A stretch of 64,000 nt of DNA from an uncultured Bacteroidota bacterium (GTDB taxonomy: Bacteria; Bacteroidota; Bacteroidia; Flavobacteriales; Flavobacteriaceae). The notes beneath the pieces were generated by a model. It was not told the DNA's origin. It did no database searches and saw nothing but the letters and a program-made list of their open reading frames with translations. The DNA lies in contig CACMUP010000001.1 of assembly GCA_902616905.1 (NCBI GenBank), positions 42,722-106,721 of the forward strand. The letters are read 5' to 3'. Positions within the stretch are counted from its first letter, which is position 1. Every line of letters begins with the position of its first letter. Position numbers and translations under genes: made by a program. Below are positions 57,601 to 63,876 of the stretch, one piece after another.

Positions 57601-57906
57601 GACCCGATTGAATTAGTCTTTCAAGATCTTTTTATTCCTAATTCATTCACACCCAATGGCGACGGTATAAATGATTTATTTATAATCTCTGGAATTGATG
57701 CTTATCCTGACCATAGGCTAACAATTTATAATAGATGGGAACAAAAAGTTTTTGAAACAAAAAATTATCAAAATAACTGGGATGGATCTCCAAATATGAA
57801 ATATGGAAATAATTCAAAACTACTTCCTGAGGGAGTTTATTTCTATTTTTTTGAGGAAAGTGAGGGAGGAAAATTACACAAAGGGTTTATATATATTAAG
57901 AGATGA
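51601..57906 (+). CDS. giant (2101 aa) surface protein with thrombospondin-type-3 repeats, Calx-beta-like repeat array and T9SS type-B CTD
   Basis: - The signal peptide is [24 protein letters not shown].
- TSP3-like repeats are present: [23 protein letters not shown] at about 53465-53560, and [41 protein letters not shown] at about 56780-57200.
- Six to seven units of roughly 105-115 aa carry F.SSNWN.PQ.V...(G/S).DD...DG, at about 54640-56760.
- Two Ig-like units carry (R/Y)WQ signatures.
- The CTD is [20 protein letters not shown]...[23 protein letters not shown]...[10 protein letters not shown]....GFIYIKR. Confidence 0.9.
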   Translation: [2101 protein letters not shown]

Positions 57907-58847
57907 TAGAAGGTGAAAAAATAAAATTATTTCTGTTTTCAATTTTTTTGGGATATTCTTTATTAACAAATGCTCAACAAGAATCAAGCTTTAACATGTA
58001 TATGTTTAATCATCAAAGTTTTAATGCTGGATATGTAGGCTCAAAAAACTATTCCTCTTTTACATTTTTATCAAGGTCTCAATGGATCGGCTTTGATGGT
58101 GCACCAGTTACTCATAGTTTTTCTTATAATGGTTCAAGAAGTGAGAAAAATCTTGCATTTTCTTTAACAGGAATTGTTGACAGGATAGGCCCTATTGAAA
58201 GTTCACAATTTGGTGCCGATATAGCCTATCAATTAAAGTTAAATGACAAAGAACATTATTTAGGATTAGGATTAAAGTTATCAGCTTCACTCCTAGATTA
58301 TAATAGCGATATTCTTGCTCCCCAACAAAAACAGGATTTTAGCTTATATTCAAATGAAATGCCAGAAAATTTAGAGCCTAACATTGGTTTTGGATTTTAT
58401 TATCATACTCCCAGATTTTATTTTGGATTTTCAATTCCAAGAATGATTCAAGATGAAAAATACTTTTTGATTCGCCATAATTATTTTATTACAGGAGGCT
58501 TATTATCTATTTCAAACTCAATAGAATTGAAACCCAGTGTTCTATTGAAATTTACAAGTGGTAGTCCTATTTCCTATGACCTTAGTACCCTTATGTATTT
58601 TAATAAGTCTATATGGGTTGGCCCTCAAATAAAAAATTTAGTAAGTATTTCTAATGATATAATTCAGTCTGGTGCTGGGCTCGGCGTGTTAGCAGGAATT
58701 CATGTTAGTAATAACTTTTCTGTGGGTTACGTTTTTTCAAATTCAATTGGCATAAGAAATTTTACTAACACAAATTCTCACGAATTTTTACTTCGTTATG
58801 AATTTAATTCAAAAATGGGTGTATTAAGATCTCCAAGAATATTCTAA
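57903..58847 (+). CDS. PorP/SprF-family T9SS outer-membrane protein
   Basis: The start overlaps the cargo stop (ATGA at 57903-57906). A signal peptide ends in ...LLTNAQQ. The body has FNMYMFNHQSFNAGYVG......F....RSQWIGFDGAPVTH and the C-terminal SHEFLLRYEF, typical of PorP/SprF. Confidence 0.85.
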   Translation: MIEGEKIKLFLFSIFLGYSLLTNAQQESSFNMYMFNHQSFNAGYVGSKNYSSFTFLSRSQWIGFDGAPVTHSFSYNGSRSEKNLAFSLTGIVDRIGPIESSQFGADIAYQLKLNDKEHYLGLGLKLSASLLDYNSDILAPQQKQDFSLYSNEMPENLEPNIGFGFYYHTPRFYFGFSIPRMIQDEKYFLIRHNYFITGGLLSISNSIELKPSVLLKFTSGSPISYDLSTLMYFNKSIWVGPQIKNLVSISNDIIQSGAGLGVLAGIHVSNNFSVGYVFSNSIGIRNFTNTNSHEFLLRYEFNSKMGVLRSPRIF

Positions 58848-58849
58848 TT

Positions 58850-60952
58850 ATGAGAAATAAATTTTTAACAATATCGATTTTAATAGTTTTTTTCACCTAC
58901 GGTCAAAAAAAACCTGGATTCATAAAAAAAGAAAATTTAAAAAATACTAAATGGGCTGAATATTATTCGGTTAATAAAAATTATAATGAAGCAATTAAAT
59001 ATTTTATGAAAATTGAAGATTCATTAACCCCTATTCAGATAAGGCTTTATTCTGATGCTCTAAAAAATTTAAACAATCTTAAGGCGGCTTCCAAAATTAT
59101 GGATCCTTTAGTAAGATCAAATTATGCCAATATAACTGATTACTATAAGTATGTATTATTAATTCCAGATAATAATAAATTGGCCCAAGAATATATTAAT
59201 AAGGCAAATAAACTTGCTCTTGAGGGAAATAATTTTTCAAATATTAAAAGAAGTAATTTTTCCTACAACATAAATAATTTAAACTTTAATACTGAAAAAT
59301 CTGAGTTCGCATCCTCATTAGTAGACCCTTCAAGTGGTTTGCTTTTCTTTTTAGGTAATCAAGGGAAAATCACAAAAAAAATTAACTCTAATAGTCAGAT
59401 ATATGATTTATACAAGACAAAGATAAATTTGAATACTTTTGACACCGAACCAATTGAACAATTCGACTCCAGGTTTAATTCAGTTTATCAAGATGGTCCA
59501 ATCTCTTTAAATCCAATAACAAAAATGTTATATCTAACTAGGACAAGTAATGGGATAAAAAATAATAAAAATATTCAACTAGATATTTTTCAGATTCCGT
59601 TAAAAAATATTGGAAAACAACTCCCACTTCCATCAGAATTTAATATAGACGGATATACTACTTTTCATCCTTCGGTTTCTCAAGACGGGAAAACACTTTA
59701 TTTTTCCAGTGACAGGCCTGGTGGATATGGAGGTATGGATATATATTCCATTGTAATTAATAATGATAAACCCGTAGGAAAAGTTAAAAATTTAGGCCCT
59801 GATATAAATACTGAGAACGACGAGGTTTTCCCCTTTTCATTTTCTAAAAATATTCTGTTTTATTCTTCAAACAATAATCAAGAAAATAAATTCAATATTT
59901 TAATGGCTTCTAATGAAGTGTTTAATCGTTGGAAAATTGATATTCTTGGTAAACCCTTTAATTCAAGAGGAGACGACACTTCCTTTTCAATAGAAAGAAA
60001 AGTTAGAACAGGATTTTTTAGTTCAAACAGAGATGGAGGAAAAGGTGATGATGATGTGTATGCATTCAAATTTACCCCAGATATAATTGGTGTAGAAGAT
60101 TTTTATGTTTTTAATGGTACCGATACACTAATTGTAGGAATGAAAAATATCTTAGATAATGATATAGAAAAAATGATTTATGAAGATCCATTAATACAAA
60201 TTATACCTTTAAAAGTTAGTTTAATCGATAATGTTAAAAATGGTAAGTTAATTTTAAATCAAAATGGAAGTTTTTTATATACATCTAATTCTTTTAAAAT
60301 AGAAGAAGATTCTTTTACATATAAAGTGGTGTCTGATTATGGAACTTCAGAAAAAATTAGTGTCATTCTAAAAAATAATTTTAAGTATAATAAAGTATTT
60401 AGACCTATATATTTTGATTTTAATAAGTCAGATATTCAAGCTCAATTTAAACCAAGACTTGATTCTATAGTTGAATCTTTAAATAATAATCCAAAACTCA
60501 AAATTGAAATATCTTCTTTTGCTGATTGCAGAGGAACAGAAGAATATAATCTAAAACTAACACAAGAAAGAAATAAAGAAATTATTGATTATATAAAAGC
60601 TAGAATAGAAAATAAAAACCGAATAGAGGGAACGGCTTACGGTGAGAGTAAAGTAGAAGGGAATTCAGGGCCAAGATATACAATAATATTTGGTAGATTT
60701 GACAATGAAACTAGTGCAAATAATTTTGTAAATAGGAATAATCTTGAAAAAGATGAAATTGAAATAATCAAATTAAAGAATTATTTTCAAGTAAACTTAG
60801 GGAGTTTTAGCAGTTATTTAGATGCTGAAAAATATATTTCAAAAATTAAAAAACAATTTATAAATGCAAAGATTAGAAAAATTTCATGTAAAAACAGGTC
60901 TGAGTTATTTCATATGAAGAACAGAAGAACAACATTTAAACTAATCAATTAA
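58850..60952 (+). CDS. PorE-like OmpA-family protein (TPR-like N-terminus, PD40/TolB-type beta-propeller repeats, Ig/cadherin-like unit, OmpA_C domain)
   Basis: The signal peptide is MRNKFLTISILIVFFTYGQ. The PD40 repeat signature is HPSVSQDGKTLYFSSDRPGGYGGMDIY. ...EDSFTYKVVSDYGTSEKISV is cadherin/VCBS-like. The OmpA_C domain reads IYFDFNKSDI.......LD.IV..L..NP.LKIEISSFADCRGTEEYNL.L...R.......I....I...AYGES...NRRTTFKLI. Confidence 0.88.
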   Translation: MRNKFLTISILIVFFTYGQKKPGFIKKENLKNTKWAEYYSVNKNYNEAIKYFMKIEDSLTPIQIRLYSDALKNLNNLKAASKIMDPLVRSNYANITDYYKYVLLIPDNNKLAQEYINKANKLALEGNNFSNIKRSNFSYNINNLNFNTEKSEFASSLVDPSSGLLFFLGNQGKITKKINSNSQIYDLYKTKINLNTFDTEPIEQFDSRFNSVYQDGPISLNPITKMLYLTRTSNGIKNNKNIQLDIFQIPLKNIGKQLPLPSEFNIDGYTTFHPSVSQDGKTLYFSSDRPGGYGGMDIYSIVINNDKPVGKVKNLGPDINTENDEVFPFSFSKNILFYSSNNNQENKFNILMASNEVFNRWKIDILGKPFNSRGDDTSFSIERKVRTGFFSSNRDGGKGDDDVYAFKFTPDIIGVEDFYVFNGTDTLIVGMKNILDNDIEKMIYEDPLIQIIPLKVSLIDNVKNGKLILNQNGSFLYTSNSFKIEEDSFTYKVVSDYGTSEKISVILKNNFKYNKVFRPIYFDFNKSDIQAQFKPRLDSIVESLNNNPKLKIEISSFADCRGTEEYNLKLTQERNKEIIDYIKARIENKNRIEGTAYGESKVEGNSGPRYTIIFGRFDNETSANNFVNRNNLEKDEIEIIKLKNYFQVNLGSFSSYLDAEKYISKIKKQFINAKIRKISCKNRSELFHMKNRRTTFKLIN

Positions 60953-62043
60953 TGAATAGATTTTTTTTCAATTTCATCATACTAATTTTAGTACTAAGTT
61001 GTACCAAAGATGACACCGACTCTATTGAAGGTATTTTGGATTTAGATGGAAAAAATTTATACGCTGCAGGATATTACATAGATAGTTATCCCAATGGAAC
61101 CCAATATGCTACATATTGGTTGAATGGAACCCGAACAGTGCTTGGGGAGGGTGAAATTTCTGATATTGAGGTAAAAGATGGAGTAGTATATGCTACTGGT
61201 TATGATGAAAATTGGGATGCTGTTTATTGGGTTGATGGAGTTAAAAAAGTTTTACAAGGGAATGACACTCATGCTCATTCAATTTTTGTAAATAATAGCG
61301 ATGTTTATGTTGCTGGAAGTTTTTCTAATGGATCTTGTTATTGGAAAAATGGAACTAAAATTAATCTTACCACAAATGCTGATTCAGAGGCATTTGGAAT
61401 TGCAGTAAACGATAACGGTAATATTATAACTGGTGGATATTATATGAGTAAGCATCATTATTTGGTGCCTGCAAGATGGAACGGTACTAAAAGGAAAAAT
61501 ATGACAAAACCCGACGGTGGAGATGCAGAAATTTACGATCTTAAATTAAAAGATAATATTCCTGTTTTTTTTGGTATGACCATGAGACAAAATAATATGG
61601 TCGGTCTTTTACCTAAAGCCTCATATTGGGTTAATAATAAAAGAACGGATTGTGAGAATGGAGGTACTTGGGAAGATAACATATATGGGGGTGAAGGATT
61701 AGGTGGGTTTACAGATGGTAATGATATTTTTTTAGCAGGAAATATACAACATATTGGTAATGTAGATTCAGATGGAAACCCAATAGAGGGTGAGCCTGGA
61801 ATTACTCCACATTATTGGAAAAATGGTCAACTTTTTGATTTACCTGGAGGGCCTGTATTCGATAATTATTGGGTTGGAGGAGCAAGAGATATTTTTGTTA
61901 AAGATGGACAAATTATAATTGGTGGATGGGCAAGTTCAAAAACTCACTCTCAAATTGCAGTAGTTTGGATTAACAGCCAACTAACTTATTTGGAGGACAA
62001 GAATATGTTTCCATCAATCGTAAATTCTATATTCATCGAGTAG
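60952..62043 (+). CDS. repeat-containing lipoprotein of unknown function (probable beta-propeller)
   Basis: The start overlaps the upstream stop (TAATG at 60950-60954). The lipoprotein signal is MNRFFFNFIILILVLSC. There are about 7 repeats of a (V/I)Y.AG(Y/S)......A.YW.NG....L unit, for example DVYVAGSFSNGSCYWKNGTKINL and VVYATGYDENWDAVYWVDGVKKVL. Confidence 0.7.
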   Translation: MNRFFFNFIILILVLSCTKDDTDSIEGILDLDGKNLYAAGYYIDSYPNGTQYATYWLNGTRTVLGEGEISDIEVKDGVVYATGYDENWDAVYWVDGVKKVLQGNDTHAHSIFVNNSDVYVAGSFSNGSCYWKNGTKINLTTNADSEAFGIAVNDNGNIITGGYYMSKHHYLVPARWNGTKRKNMTKPDGGDAEIYDLKLKDNIPVFFGMTMRQNNMVGLLPKASYWVNNKRTDCENGGTWEDNIYGGEGLGGFTDGNDIFLAGNIQHIGNVDSDGNPIEGEPGITPHYWKNGQLFDLPGGPVFDNYWVGGARDIFVKDGQIIIGGWASSKTHSQIAVVWINSQLTYLEDKNMFPSIVNSIFIE

Positions 62044-62074
62044 AATCTAGATGCTTTGTTTTAAGTCATTTATT

Positions 62075-63874
62075 TCAAATAAAGAAACTATTTTCTTTGA
62101 TAAATTTATTAGCAATTTTTGTTTTTAAACCAATTACGTTTGGATGTCTTATATAGGAACATTTTTCATTCAAAATTTTCAGTAACTGTTCTTGTTCTTT
62201 TCCATCTGAAATGCTTAAAATTATCTCTCTAGCACTTTTATGAATGATATTGTAAGCTTCAAAAACATAAAATTGAACCATATTTTCCTGTGTAGTTTGT
62301 GACTCGATTCCTTGGTTGTCCATATTTTTGAGTGTTCTATATAGAGCCGATTCAGAAAAGTATATCTCTATTAGAATGTCAGAAAGTGACAAAAGTATTT
62401 GTTGCTGTTTTTCCAATTCATTTCCAAATTTTTGGAAAACATTTCCTAAGAGTATTAAAAACAGATTCTTGAATTTAGAGATGACGCTAATTTCTTGGGA
62501 GAGGTGCTTATCAGAAATTATTTCATCACTTGTATTTTGTCCAAAAGCATTAGCAGCTTTCATTACAGAACCCATAAGATCGATTTGACCTTTCATTCCT
62601 TTTTTCAATAGCATGCCAACCGATAGCATTCTGTTTATTTCATTAGTTCCCTCATAGATTCTACCTATACGTGCATCTCTCCAAGCAGATTCCATTGGAG
62701 TATCAGCAGAAAATCCCATTCCTCCAAATATTTGAATTCCTTCGTCAGAACAATTTTGTAAATCTTCAGATGCCCCAACTTTTATAAGTGAGCACTCAAC
62801 AGCATAATCTTCAACCCCCTTTAGTTCGGCTTCTTGTGGAGACATACCCTGTGAGATGAAATAGTCTATTCGATCTTCAATATCCTTTGCTACACGATAA
62901 CATGCTGATTCACCTACATAACATGAAGTAGCCATACGTGCAATTTTTTCTTTAATCGCTCCAAATTGTGAAATGGGTGTTTTGAATTGAATTCTTTCGT
63001 TAGCATATTTTACTGATTCAGATGTCAGCCTTCTTTGAGCATCAATACATGCTACCCCTAATTTTACTCTACCAACATTAAGTGCATTCATAGCAATTTT
63101 AAAACCTCCGTTTCTTTCACCTAAAATATTTTCTACAGGAACTTTAGTTTCTGTAAAAAATACCTGTCGAGTAGAAGAGGAGTGAATACCTAGTTTATTC
63201 TCTTCATCTCCCAATCTTATTCCATTTTCTGAATCATAAGGAACAAGAAATCCAGTTATATTTTTGTCATCCTCTATTCTAGCAAATACAATCATTAGTG
63301 AAGCAAACCCTGCATTTGAGATCCACATTTTTTGTCCTGTTATTTTATAATGACTTCCGTCTTCAGAAAGTACTGCTTTTGTTTTGCCAGAATTAGCATC
63401 CGATCCAGCTCCAGGTTCAGTTAAACAATAACATCCAAACCACTCTCCAGAACTTAATTTGGGAAGGTATTTTTGCTTTTGTTCCTCAGTTCCATAAAGA
63501 GTAATAGGAAGTATTCCAATACCTGTATGAGCTCCGAAAGCTGTTGAAAGTGAACCAGTGGCACCAGAGATATAGTCACAAACAAGCATTGCAGAAACAA
63601 ATCCCATTCCTAAGCCTCCGTATTCTTCTGGAACAGAAATACCTAAAAAACCAAGCTCACCAGCTTTTTCCATTAGGACTTTAGTAAGCTCGTAATCTTT
63701 TTTTTCGAATCTTTCTTTAAAGGGCCAAACCTCACGATCAATAAATTCTTTAACAGCAGCTTTCATCATAAGCTGTTCTTCACTAAAATCTTCAGGAGTA
63801 AAGATTGATCTGGTAGTATCATTTTCAATAATAAAAGAACTACCGCTTAATCGATTTTTTTCAGTTATTTCCAT
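62075..63874 (-). CDS. acyl-CoA dehydrogenase family protein (long form, about 599 aa)
   Basis: EYGG.G.......V.......G......AH.GIG..PI..YGTEEQK.KYLP.L.SGE..G.Y.LTEPGAGSD and IYEGTNEINR are ACAD signatures. The ATG at 63874 (MEITEK...) is preferred over the TTG at 63880. Confidence 0.93.
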   Translation of the reverse strand: MEITEKNRLSGSSFIIENDTTRSIFTPEDFSEEQLMMKAAVKEFIDREVWPFKERFEKKDYELTKVLMEKAGELGFLGISVPEEYGGLGMGFVSAMLVCDYISGATGSLSTAFGAHTGIGILPITLYGTEEQKQKYLPKLSSGEWFGCYCLTEPGAGSDANSGKTKAVLSEDGSHYKITGQKMWISNAGFASLMIVFARIEDDKNITGFLVPYDSENGIRLGDEENKLGIHSSSTRQVFFTETKVPVENILGERNGGFKIAMNALNVGRVKLGVACIDAQRRLTSESVKYANERIQFKTPISQFGAIKEKIARMATSCYVGESACYRVAKDIEDRIDYFISQGMSPQEAELKGVEDYAVECSLIKVGASEDLQNCSDEGIQIFGGMGFSADTPMESAWRDARIGRIYEGTNEINRMLSVGMLLKKGMKGQIDLMGSVMKAANAFGQNTSDEIISDKHLSQEISVISKFKNLFLILLGNVFQKFGNELEKQQQILLSLSDILIEIYFSESALYRTLKNMDNQGIESQTTQENMVQFYVFEAYNIIHKSAREIILSISDGKEQEQLLKILNEKCSYIRHPNVIGLKTKIANKFIKENSFFI

Positions 63875-63876
63875 AA

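Noticed and set aside
25688-57906. An apparently higher G+C content in the giant genes than in the flanking DNA, considered as a horizontal-transfer signature.
   Set aside because: I could not compute composition. The visible shift is explained by amino-acid content (Thr/Gly/Ala/Val-rich repeats). No integrase, transposase, tRNA or direct-repeat boundaries are present.
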